Below are positions 16,400 to 24,000 of a stretch of 24,000 nt of DNA, in pieces. A program made the position numbers and the translations under genes. Under the pieces are notes generated by a model. It was not told the DNA's origin and searched no databases. It was given only the letters and a program-made list of their open reading frames with translations. Every line of letters starts with the position of its first letter. The first letter of the stretch is position 1. Origin of the DNA: Candidatus Saccharimonadota bacterium (lineage in GTDB: Bacteria > Patescibacteriota > Saccharimonadia > Saccharimonadales > UBA4665); NCBI GenBank assembly GCA_036745415.1, contig DAIOGF010000001.1, positions 65,791-89,790 of the forward strand. Reading direction: 5' to 3'.

Positions 16400-16528
16400 C
16401 TAGATGTCTGATTTAGCTTTATTCCTTAGAGCCATAGTTGAGCTTATAAGTACAAAACTAGTTACAGCGCCGATTATTAAAGTAGCTTCAGAGAAAATGT
16501 TTTCGAATTTACCTGAACCAGTGTTTGG
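16400..16528 (-). other. C-terminal sorting signal: PNTG (16517-16528), then GxF, a hydrophobic helix and a basic tail
   Basis: CCA AAC ACT GGT (minus strand) encodes PNTG. It is followed by SGKFENIFSEATLIIGAVTSFVLISSTMALRNKAKSDI and the stop codon. Confidence 0.7.
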
Positions 16529-18040
16529 CGTAGCTGGTACGGTTGGCAAGCCAAGGAAATAACTCGTAGTAAAAGCACTAGGAACTCCACCTCCATCACC
16601 AATTGTTATGCTAGAGGTTGGATCGCTACTATTAAAAATAGGAGTTCCACTTCCAATTCCAACTATGTAAATATTTCCTAATTTATCTACTGATGAAGAA
16701 TTGTGATATGCGGTGGTACTAGAAGCGCCTGTATCTACAGTTCTAACGAATTTAAATCCACCATTTAAATCTACTCCAATGAAAAATGCACTAGTATTGG
16801 CTGATGTTAAGTCATTGGCATTTGAAGCTGGATTAAAATGAATAGTACCACTCCAAGAACCAACTGCATACAGACCGTTGTTGTAGTAACTTAATGAATT
16901 AATGTATACAGTACTATTACCATCACTATTTTTAAATGTCTTAGTCCATGTATAATTTCCATCATTAGTTAGTTTGGTTATAAATGCATTATATTTATTA
17001 TTATTACCAGTGGTTGAACTATCATCAACCACAACAGAACCTCCACGACCATCAAAAGTTATAGAACCAGAATACTGACCACCTAAGTAGATGTTGTTAT
17101 TATCGTCTAAAACTAAAGATTGTGGGTATACGTAAGAATTATCTGAAGAAGCTAGATATTTCGTCCAGATAACATTTCCGTTAGAATCGTACTTACTTAC
17201 AAAACCCTCACCTGAATTAACCGCAGGGCTTGGCAATTCATGATAACCACAAAGATAAATATTTCCATTTTTATCTAATTTAATAGAAGAGCTGTAGGTA
17301 TTTGAATCGGAAGGATCTAAATTGGTAATTTTTGTCCATTTATAATTACCGGAATCATCATACTTAGTTATATAACTTTGAAAACTAGAAAATGTTTGAG
17401 TGTTAGAGCCATTTAAGCCATCAAAAGTTACAGTTCCAGTAACACTACCCGAGATATATAAATTATTTGAAGCGTCTGTCGTTAGTGCATTAACAATATA
17501 CCCATTTGAACCACTTGGAATAATATAATCCCTAATAAAATTACCATTGTTATCGTAAGCGGCAACAAATCCGAAGCTATCAGGATTGAAATATGACTGG
17601 TCGCCAATTCCAACAGTGCCTGAACCTACACCGCCTATATAAACGGTTCCGTTAGGAGCTACGGTTAGCCCGAAACAAAAAGCTCCTGAGTTTTGATCTA
17701 AAGGCACAACTGCCTTAGTCCAAACATAAGCTCCACTACTGGAGTACTTTGTAACGGCACAGCCTGGATTCATACCATTTAATGGAGTAGATATAGTGTC
17801 ATGATTACCAATAGGATCAAAAGTCACTGTTCCACCAAAAACACTAAGAGTATAAGTATTATTATTGGAGTCTGTAGCAGAAAACATTCCCTCACTAGCC
17901 CCACCGTCTGATAGACCATTAGTTTTAGTGAACCTATACTGAGGCAATTCACTGCTATCTGCTTTCACCATACCACTTGAAGCAGTTGTTAATATTAACG
18001 TATACAATAATGCGCTAAATATCCTAAAAAATCTTTTCAC
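16400..18040 (-). CDS. Secreted surface protein with SBBP-like beta-propeller repeats and a C-terminal TPNTG sorting signal (paralog 1)
   Basis: The maximal ORF reaches 18058 (GTG). I prefer GTG 18040 because AGGGGAG lies 5 nt upstream of it, which gives MKRFFRIFSALLYTLILTTASSGMVKA|DS as the signal peptide. Repeated units of the type G-N-(I/L)-Y-(I/L/V)-x-G ... (F/Y)(I/V)(T/S)K(Y/L)(D/T)xxGxxxWTK recur. The protein is rich in N/S/G/T/Y. The C-terminus is ATPNTGSGKF + TM + RNKAKSDI. Confidence 0.75.
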   Translation of the reverse strand: MKRFFRIFSALLYTLILTTASSGMVKADSSELPQYRFTKTNGLSDGGASEGMFSATDSNNNTYTLSVFGGTVTFDPIGNHDTISTPLNGMNPGCAVTKYSSSGAYVWTKAVVPLDQNSGAFCFGLTVAPNGTVYIGGVGSGTVGIGDQSYFNPDSFGFVAAYDNNGNFIRDYIIPSGSNGYIVNALTTDASNNLYISGSVTGTVTFDGLNGSNTQTFSSFQSYITKYDDSGNYKWTKITNLDPSDSNTYSSSIKLDKNGNIYLCGYHELPSPAVNSGEGFVSKYDSNGNVIWTKYLASSDNSYVYPQSLVLDDNNNIYLGGQYSGSITFDGRGGSVVVDDSSTTGNNNKYNAFITKLTNDGNYTWTKTFKNSDGNSTVYINSLSYYNNGLYAVGSWSGTIHFNPASNANDLTSANTSAFFIGVDLNGGFKFVRTVDTGASSTTAYHNSSSVDKLGNIYIVGIGSGTPIFNSSDPTSSITIGDGGGVPSAFTTSYFLGLPTVPATPNTGSGKFENIFSEATLIIGAVTSFVLISSTMALRNKAKSDI

Positions 18041-18076
18041 TTTATCTCCCCTTAACACTTAATTCTTATGAATTGT

Positions 18077-18100
18077 ATTAATATAATTTAAGCATTAGCG
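18077..18100 (-). promoter_or_regulatory. Upstream element shared by the two SBBP paralogs; likely contains the -10 region
   Basis: Plus-strand ATTAATATAATTTAAGCATTAGCG at 18077-18100 compares with TTTAATATAATTTAATCATTGGCT at 19825-19848. Read in the gene direction, both give AATG(C/A)TTAAATTATATTAA about 35-55 nt upstream of the start codon. Confidence 0.3.
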
Positions 18101-18154
18101 TAATGAATTTGCAAATACATAATTAGTTATTAAAGTCAGACTATCTACTTTTAT

Positions 18155-18280
18155 CTAAGCTTTTCTGAATTTATTCCTGGCGACTAGCAATCCAGTAGTG
18201 ACAGTGCATATAAGCGACAATACTAATAGAGCTTGCTCATTTGTTAGGAATTTACTGAAAACACCCGCACCTGTATTAGG
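18155..18280 (-). other. C-terminal sorting signal: PNTG (18269-18280), then GxF, a hydrophobic helix and a basic tail
   Basis: CCT AAT ACA GGT (minus strand) encodes PNTG. It is followed by AGVFSKFLTNEQALLVLSLICTVTTGLLVARNKFRKA and the stop codon. Confidence 0.7.
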
Positions 18281-19795
18281 CGTCTTAGGTACAGCAGTAG
18301 GATATGCAGCTAATTGATAGCTAGTAGTAAGAGTACTTGTAACTCCTTGACCATCGCCAATTTGCTGTCGATCAATTCCTCCCGGTCCGTCAAACACAGG
18401 AGTACCACTTGTGATACCAACTATATAAATATTGCCAATTCCGTCAACCGAAGCCTGAACATACAGCGCAGCGGTACGTCCGTCAAAAGATATATCCGTA
18501 ACTTTAGTAAATTTGTACGAACCATCTTGTCCATAACCGCTAAAATAAGCATTATTGTTACCATTTGGAGCAGTTAAGTTAGTCGAAGCATCATCCTGAT
18601 TGAATTGAACGGTACCATCAAATGCTCCTACAGCATAAATCTCATCATTATAAACTAACAAGGAATTTATATATGAGTGATTTCCTTCGCCAGTAGCTAT
18701 GTGTATTCTAGTCCATTGGTAACTACCATCTGAAGCGTACTTGCTTATAAAACCAGAATCCGAGTTGGTGACTGCCGTATGATTACCACCCTCCCCATCA
18801 AATGTAGTAGATCCATTAAAGAACCCACCTACGTAAATATTATCAGTACTATCAAGTGCAATAGAGTTACATCCAACTTGGTTGCTGCCAGTAGTAATAA
18901 CAGATTTTACCCAAATCGAATTTCCTTGTGAGTCTAACTTTTCAAGAAAAGCATATCTACTATTATCACTATTATCATATTGACCACAAGTGTATATGTT
19001 TCCCGATTTATCTACAGTTATAAAACTGTTAAGTGAGAAGCCATATGGCTCAACATCTGCTATCTTTACCCACTGATATACGCCCTGGTCGTTATACTTC
19101 GCAGTGTACGCAACTTGACTGCTATAAGTATTGTAATTTGTTCCATCAAAAGAAACATTGCCCTGTATATTACCTCCGATATAAAGATTATTGTTCGAGT
19201 CCACTGACAATGTATTTAACTCATTCCAAGAACTGGAATCCCCTCTAGGAAGTATTAGGGTCTTCAGATAACTACCGTCAGTTTTGTATTCATTAACATA
19301 GGAGTAACCATATGAACCTCCGTATGTGTCAGAATATGAGTGAGTTCCACCTGGGCCATCATAAATTACAGAGCCCGCAGAATAACCTCCAACGTACACA
19401 ACGCCATTACTACCTACAGCTACGGAATCACAAATATCAAACCCATTAGTTGGATCTAGGTAATCGATAAATTTAGTCCACTGATAAACTCCTGCGCTAT
19501 TGTATTTTGTTAATGCGCAAGTAACAGTCATTCCTTGTCCACCCGTTGGAGTGTAAGAACTAGTATTATCTCCTGGATTAAACTTCACAGTTCCATTCCA
19601 TATGCCTGCAGTATATGTATTATTACTTGAATCAGTAGCTGAAGCAGTACCATTAGACCACCCATTTGTTACGTCATTTATTTTTGTGAACCTATAACTT
19701 GGATAGTTGGCTGCAGCCTGAGCAAGACCACTCATTCCAGTAAATAACCCTATTATGGATATAAAGGTTCCTGCTAATTTAATTTTTATTCTCAT
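18155..19795 (-). CDS. Secreted surface protein with SBBP-like beta-propeller repeats and a C-terminal TPNTG sorting signal (paralog 2)
   Basis: 546 aa. The ATG is preceded by GAGGGG. The signal peptide is MRIKIKLAGTFISIIGLFTGMSGLAQA|A. It is collinear with paralog 1: YRFTK(T/I)N, DS(N/S)NNTYT, Y(V/Q)WTK, NNLYI(S/G)G, DK(N/S)GNIY(L/T)CG, (N/D)NIY(L/V)GG, GNIYIVGI(G/T)SGTP(I/V)F, IGDG(G/Q)GV. The C-terminus is KTPNTGAGVF + TM + RNKFRKA. Confidence 0.75.
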   Translation of the reverse strand: MRIKIKLAGTFISIIGLFTGMSGLAQAAANYPSYRFTKINDVTNGWSNGTASATDSSNNTYTAGIWNGTVKFNPGDNTSSYTPTGGQGMTVTCALTKYNSAGVYQWTKFIDYLDPTNGFDICDSVAVGSNGVVYVGGYSAGSVIYDGPGGTHSYSDTYGGSYGYSYVNEYKTDGSYLKTLILPRGDSSSWNELNTLSVDSNNNLYIGGNIQGNVSFDGTNYNTYSSQVAYTAKYNDQGVYQWVKIADVEPYGFSLNSFITVDKSGNIYTCGQYDNSDNSRYAFLEKLDSQGNSIWVKSVITTGSNQVGCNSIALDSTDNIYVGGFFNGSTTFDGEGGNHTAVTNSDSGFISKYASDGSYQWTRIHIATGEGNHSYINSLLVYNDEIYAVGAFDGTVQFNQDDASTNLTAPNGNNNAYFSGYGQDGSYKFTKVTDISFDGRTAALYVQASVDGIGNIYIVGITSGTPVFDGPGGIDRQQIGDGQGVTSTLTTSYQLAAYPTAVPKTPNTGAGVFSKFLTNEQALLVLSLICTVTTGLLVARNKFRKA

Positions 19796-19824
19796 ATCAC
19801 CCCTCTTCTTTTGCTTAAAAATAA

Positions 19825-19848
19825 TTTAATATAATTTAATCATTGGCT
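19825..19848 (-). promoter_or_regulatory. Second copy of the upstream element shared by the SBBP paralogs
   Basis: See the entry for 18077-18100. About 19 of 24 positions are identical by eye, in the same orientation, at a roughly similar distance from the start codon (about 30-55 nt). Confidence 0.3.
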
Positions 19849-19869
19849 TCATACAATTATAATAAATTT

Positions 19870-20001
19870 CTATCTTGCAATTTGCCTAATCTTATACCTA
19901 TAAGCTGTCGTAAGTGCTGCGGAAACTGAAAGTGCAGACAAAATAATTAGAGATATCTCATTCGAGATCGAACCATCAAACACTCCGTATCCGGTATTTG
20001 G
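19870..20001 (-). other. C-terminal sorting signal: PNTG (19990-20001), then GxF, a hydrophobic helix and a basic tail
   Basis: CCA AAT ACC GGA (minus strand) encodes PNTG. It is followed by YGVFDGSISNEISLIILSALSVSAALTTAYRYKIRQIAR and the stop codon. Confidence 0.7.
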
Positions 20002-22299
20002 AGATTTTACAGTTGTATCACTTAATGATTTGCCGCCAATAAGACTAGTTAAATCCCAGTTATACAAATTGTAGTGGCCCTGAACCCACAAATTATTGTT
20101 GTAAGGATCGTAAGTAACATCGTAAGTTCCATTCAAGCCAGGGTAATCTAACGTATAATTGACCGCTGAAGTAAAGTCTGATTCACCAAAAACCCATGAT
20201 GCGCTCATATTATCTGTAACCCCATTAGACATATCAAAGCCTAGAACTCTGTAATTATCATCGTCTGCCACAAATAATCGATTATTATTATTGTCGTATG
20301 TTACACCCCATGGATAAGATAAGCCGTTCTGAGTTAAGTTAGTCGTATTGGTCGTAAAGTCTGGCTGACCAATTACATTAACCGCGTCCATTCCATTCGT
20401 GATACCGTTAGCTAATTTATATACCATGATACGGTTATTATAGGCATCAGCGGCATAAAGCAGGTTGTGATTAAGGTCTATCGTAAGCCCACCAGGACTA
20501 TCTAATCCACTCTGGTTTAGATTAGCATTATCTGAAGTAAAGTCTGGCTGACCGAGTACATAGCTTGCATCCATTCCGTTCGTAATACCGTTAGCTAAGT
20601 TATATACCATAATACGGTTATTGCTCTCATCAGAAACAAATAGTTGCTTTGTTTTAGAGTCATATGTAGACTCATAATTTCCACACAGACCATTAACAGT
20701 ATCGCCACATGAATTACTAGTAAAGTCTGGCTGACCAATTACATTAACCGCATTCATTCCATTAGTAATACCATTATTGAAATTAAAGACTAACACACGA
20801 CTATTTGCGAAGTCACTTACAAATAAGTCATTTAAGCTTGAGTCATAGTTAATTCCCCATAAGTCACAGAAATTACTTGCACTGGCATTATCGCAGCCGG
20901 TAGTAGAATTAAAATCGCTTCGACCTAGAACATAAGTTGGTATGGTATTAACCAATTGATCATTATTGTCTAAGGCATAAACTAAAATTCTAGAATCAGA
21001 ATCATCGGTTACAAACATCCTATGGTGAGAATGATCAATAGCAGTTGCTGGCTCATTCCACGATACTACTCCAGCCAAATCATCATATGGAGTCATTCCG
21101 TCAGTTATGACATTAGTTAGATTATAGAAAAGCACCCTAGAATTATCTGAATCCGTAACTATTAAATTCTTATCTAACGAATCATATGTAACACCCCAAG
21201 GTTCATAAAAGCCAGAATTTAAGTTACTCCAGTCGCTGGAAGTAAAATTGCTTTGGCCTAAGACATGTGATGCAGCCATACCATCGGTTATTCCATTAGA
21301 TAAATCATATTCCAACAATCTATCGTTGTTACTATCCACTACATATAGACTCTTGGTAGCAGGATCATAACTCATTTGAGCAGGATTATCCAAGCTAGTG
21401 GAGGTTGTGCCATTTCCATTCCTATTGAATCCTGGCTGTCCTATCTCATGAACTGCATCCATGTTAGTAGATGGACCGTTAGATAGATCAAATGCCGTAA
21501 TACGGTTATTGCCTGCTTCTGATACTAGAAGATAGTTATCATTGCTGTCGTATGTAATTTCTTGTGGATATATAAATTGATTAGTACCACTACCTTCATA
21601 ATTGTCGGTGAAGTTAGCTTGGCCCAGTACATAAGTAGCTGACATACCGTTTGTAATACCATTGGATGTGTCGAATATTAATACCCTGTTATTATATTCA
21701 TCGGCTACATATAAGTACTTCGAGCCGTCATAGTACATGCCGCCTGGATAATTGAAAGTGCTGTCCGTAGTTCCAGGACTACTACTCGTAAAATCTGTTT
21801 GACCTAAAACATAAGAAGCTGACATACCGTTTGTAATACCATTGGATAAATCAAAAACTAGTACTCTATTATTTCCATTATCTGAAACGAATAATAGTTT
21901 ATGTGTGGTATCTAATGCCATACCCCATGGACTACTCATTTTAGAGCTGGTCGATCCGCTAGATAGAGTATCGAAATCTGGCTGTCCTAGAACATAAGAG
22001 GCATTTTTACTTACAGGATGATCACTGCTGTCTAGATTAAATACAAGTACCCTATTATTGTTATCGTCAGTTACAAACATTCGGTGATTAGCCGAATCAA
22101 CCAAAGTTTCTGATGGATACCGCAGTCCAGAACTCGATCCACCGTAGTAGCCATAGTTTCTTGTTGGATTCGGGAAGCTTGTTGCTGAAGCAGCCGAAGC
22201 CCCTCTTACTAATACAGTTGATGAAATAGTAATTAAACTAACACTAAAGAAAGTTACCGCTTTCAATTTATGCAATATTCGCTGTTTTTTATTTAACAC
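19870..22299 (-). CDS. Secreted NHL-repeat protein (11-12 blades, probably a double six-bladed beta-propeller) with a C-terminal SPNTG sorting signal
   Basis: 809 aa with a GTG start preceded by AGGGG. The signal peptide is ...FFSVSLITISSTVLVRGASA|A. Eleven clear repeats match (D)xxNNR(V/I)(L/M)(V/I)(F/Y)(D/N)LSNGITNGMxAxxV(L/I)GQ(P/T)DFTS, and a degenerate twelfth follows. The C-terminus is KSPNTGYGVF + TM + YRYKIRQIAR. Confidence 0.85.
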   Translation of the reverse strand: MLNKKQRILHKLKAVTFFSVSLITISSTVLVRGASAASATSFPNPTRNYGYYGGSSSGLRYPSETLVDSANHRMFVTDDNNNRVLVFNLDSSDHPVSKNASYVLGQPDFDTLSSGSTSSKMSSPWGMALDTTHKLLFVSDNGNNRVLVFDLSNGITNGMSASYVLGQTDFTSSSPGTTDSTFNYPGGMYYDGSKYLYVADEYNNRVLIFDTSNGITNGMSATYVLGQANFTDNYEGSGTNQFIYPQEITYDSNDNYLLVSEAGNNRITAFDLSNGPSTNMDAVHEIGQPGFNRNGNGTTSTSLDNPAQMSYDPATKSLYVVDSNNDRLLEYDLSNGITDGMAASHVLGQSNFTSSDWSNLNSGFYEPWGVTYDSLDKNLIVTDSDNSRVLFYNLTNVITDGMTPYDDLAGVVSWNEPATAIDHSHHRMFVTDDSDSRILVYALDNNDQLVNTIPTYVLGRSDFNSTTGCDNASASNFCDLWGINYDSSLNDLFVSDFANSRVLVFNFNNGITNGMNAVNVIGQPDFTSNSCGDTVNGLCGNYESTYDSKTKQLFVSDESNNRIMVYNLANGITNGMDASYVLGQPDFTSDNANLNQSGLDSPGGLTIDLNHNLLYAADAYNNRIMVYKLANGITNGMDAVNVIGQPDFTTNTTNLTQNGLSYPWGVTYDNNNNRLFVADDDNYRVLGFDMSNGVTDNMSASWVFGESDFTSAVNYTLDYPGLNGTYDVTYDPYNNNLWVQGHYNLYNWDLTSLIGGKSLSDTTVKSPNTGYGVFDGSISNEISLIILSALSVSAALTTAYRYKIRQIAR
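20354..20805 (-). repeat. Three consecutive 183-bp (61-codon) intragenic DNA repeats inside the NHL gene
   Basis: GTAAAGTCTGGCTGACC recurs at 20354, 20537 and 20720, an exact 183-nt period. The first two copies stay highly similar for about 85 nt (...TCCATTCC(A/G)TTCGT(G/A)ATACCGTTAGCTAA(T/G)TTATATACCAT(G/A)ATACGGTTATT). Confidence 0.85.
21630..21847 (-). repeat. A second pair of near-identical intragenic repeats in the NHL gene (180-bp period)
   Basis: ACATAAG(T/A)AGCTGACATACCGTTTGTAATACCATTGGAT at 21630-21667 and 21810-21847 differ at one position. Confidence 0.85.
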
Positions 22300-22417
22300 A
22301 CTAAACCCCTAAAGTTATAATGCTTATTAATACATATAATACTAGGTATTTAAATCAATTACAAAGTTTTCTATTGAACTAATTGAGAAAATTTTCTTAA
22401 TCTGTAAGTATAAGTTT

Positions 22418-23872
22418 TTAGGCAGCTGCCATTTTTATGGCTTCTTCATTGTTTTCAGAAGATTTAACATTTCTAATTAAAATAAGCGCAATTATGCCCG
22501 CTAGAAGAGCAAATGAAGCTGCGAATTTGAAAGCAACTTGGTATCCATGAACTGTTCCAGCTACAACCGTAGTCATGCCATGAACATTAGAATTGGATAT
22601 GTATCTAGTAGTAGCCGCGGCGACTTGACCAGAGATTATAGCTAGACCTAACGATCCACCTAATTGCTGTGAGGTATTAATTAGTCCTGAAGCTAATCCA
22701 GACAAATTACCTTCAACACCTGAAGTTCCAGCAACCAATAGACTTACGAATATAAATCCTAAACCAGTTCCCATCAATATAAGTCCAGGCATAACATCCC
22801 TAAGATAAGTACCATGCACAGGAATATAGCTTAGATAAAGTAGACCAGAAGCTGAAATTATTGGAGCGATTGAAAGAATTCTCTTATATCCAACTCGCTT
22901 AATCAATTTAGGCGCATTAGAAGCAGTAAGCCCAATAAATACTGGGATTATTAAGAAACATAGTCCAGTTTTAACTGGTGAGAAATGTAGAATCTCTTGA
23001 ACATATAAGGATGTAAAGAAGAACACTGAGAATAGTGCTCCAGCAATAGAAAGCTGAACAAGATTAGCTGCAGCAAGATTCTTGTATCTAAAAATTTTAA
23101 AAGGAACTAATGGCTTTTTAGCTTTTTGTTCGTTAATTATGAATATTAAGATCAATACAAAGCTAGAAAGTAGAGTGTAAAGAGTAGTATGAGATGTCCA
23201 TCCATTAGCTGGAGCCTTTTGTAGTGCGTAAACCAATAACATTAATCCTGCAGTAATTGAAGCTGCTCCTGGTAGGTCTAGAGATTTATTTTTTTCTTCA
23301 GATTCGTGTAGTGGAAGTAGTCTTCTAGCAGAGAAGAATACAAATAAGCCAACTGGTACGTTAATTAAGAAATTCCATCTCCATCCGAAATACTGAGTTA
23401 AGATCCCGCCTAGAAGCACACCTACTGCGGCACCACCAGATGCAACAGATCCCCATACGGATAGTGCGACATTTCTATCATGACCCTGTTTATATGTAAC
23501 TAGAATAATAGACAGCGCAGCTGGGGACATAAATGCACCAGATAGACCCTGGAATGCTCTTAGTACAATCAACATCGTTCCACTCTGAGCAAGTCCATCT
23601 AGTAGAGAAACTAGAGCAAACATAAATACTCCACTTAAGAATACTTTTCTTCTTCCGTATAAATCCGCAGCCCTACCACCAAGAAGTAAGAATCCACCGA
23701 AAGCCAGGGTGTATGCAGTAACTATCCACTGTAGATTAGCTTCAGACATATTAAAAGCTTTTTGTACTGTAGGAAGCATCACATTTACAATAGACACATC
23801 AAGAACAACCATGAACTGAGCTAAAGCTAACAGAATCAATATCAGCCAGTGCCCTTTTAACTTATTTTTCAT
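22418..23872 (-). CDS. MFS transporter, DHA2 (EmrB/QacA, 14-TM drug:H+ antiporter) family
   Basis: 484 aa. WLILILLALAQFMVVLDVSIVNVMLP is the DHA2 TM1 signature. GRAADLYGRRKVFL is MFS motif A. About 14 hydrophobic segments follow, then a short hydrophilic C-tail. Confidence 0.9.
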   Translation of the reverse strand: MKNKLKGHWLILILLALAQFMVVLDVSIVNVMLPTVQKAFNMSEANLQWIVTAYTLAFGGFLLLGGRAADLYGRRKVFLSGVFMFALVSLLDGLAQSGTMLIVLRAFQGLSGAFMSPAALSIILVTYKQGHDRNVALSVWGSVASGGAAVGVLLGGILTQYFGWRWNFLINVPVGLFVFFSARRLLPLHESEEKNKSLDLPGAASITAGLMLLVYALQKAPANGWTSHTTLYTLLSSFVLILIFIINEQKAKKPLVPFKIFRYKNLAAANLVQLSIAGALFSVFFFTSLYVQEILHFSPVKTGLCFLIIPVFIGLTASNAPKLIKRVGYKRILSIAPIISASGLLYLSYIPVHGTYLRDVMPGLILMGTGLGFIFVSLLVAGTSGVEGNLSGLASGLINTSQQLGGSLGLAIISGQVAAATTRYISNSNVHGMTTVVAGTVHGYQVAFKFAASFALLAGIIALILIRNVKSSENNEEAIKMAAA

Positions 23873-24000
23873 ATATTATTTATCCCTTGTTTATTAATAT
23901 TTATTATTTTAAATATACATTTTATAGTTATACTGGTCAAACAAATAATAAAATATTATTTGATGATAAGTATTTTTAAATTTAAGAACAAACTAAAAAT

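Noticed and set aside
23943-23961. Inverted repeat AAATAATA-AAA-TATTATTT upstream of the MFS transporter, a possible repressor operator
   Set aside because: It consists only of A/T in a highly AT-rich intergenic region, so it is likely to arise by chance. No adjacent TetR/MarR-type regulator is visible within the window.
1-24000. Alternative genetic code (UGA recoding, as in some CPR lineages)
   Set aside because: TGA terminates genes cleanly at 4134-4136 (ATGA overlap with the next start), 7352-7354 and 7866-7868. All recognisable proteins are full length under the standard code.

Overview
This is an AT-rich, very gene-dense bacterial chromosomal segment. Many neighbouring genes overlap by 1-28 nt. 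The genetic code is standard, since TGA closes genes at 4134-4136, 7352-7354 and 7866-7868. I found no rRNA, tRNA, CRISPR array, transposase or integrase.

Gene order, left to right:
- a truncated membrane-protein gene (1-138, -)
- a PcrA/UvrD helicase
- a tightly coupled six-gene type IV secretion (T4SS)-like operon (2503-7354, +): VirB2-like pilin, pilin-domain/VirB6-like fusion, PrgI/VirB3-like, a VirB4 ATPase split into two cistrons, and a CHAP cell-wall hydrolase
- a small coiled-coil gene carrying a perfect 33-bp tandem duplication
- a pyk-pgk-tpiA lower-glycolysis operon (-)
- an envelope module: flippase-like UPF0104 protein, GT2 glycosyltransferase and a divergently transcribed, atypical CDP-alcohol phosphatidyltransferase-like protein
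- a tatA-tatC-DUF1003-like operon (-); tatA is 55 codons and is missing from the supplied ORF track
- a TylF-type methyltransferase
- three consecutive large secreted beta-propeller proteins (two SBBP-like paralogs and one 11-12-blade NHL protein). All three end in the same unusual (T/S)PNTGxGxF + transmembrane helix + basic tail sorting signal.
- a DHA2-family MFS transporter

The gene content and protein style suggest an ultra-small Patescibacteria/CPR (Saccharibacteria-like) genome. This is inference only.

The two most interesting loci are the T4SS-like operon, which has no relaxase or coupling protein in the window, and the xPNTG-sorted propeller adhesin array.
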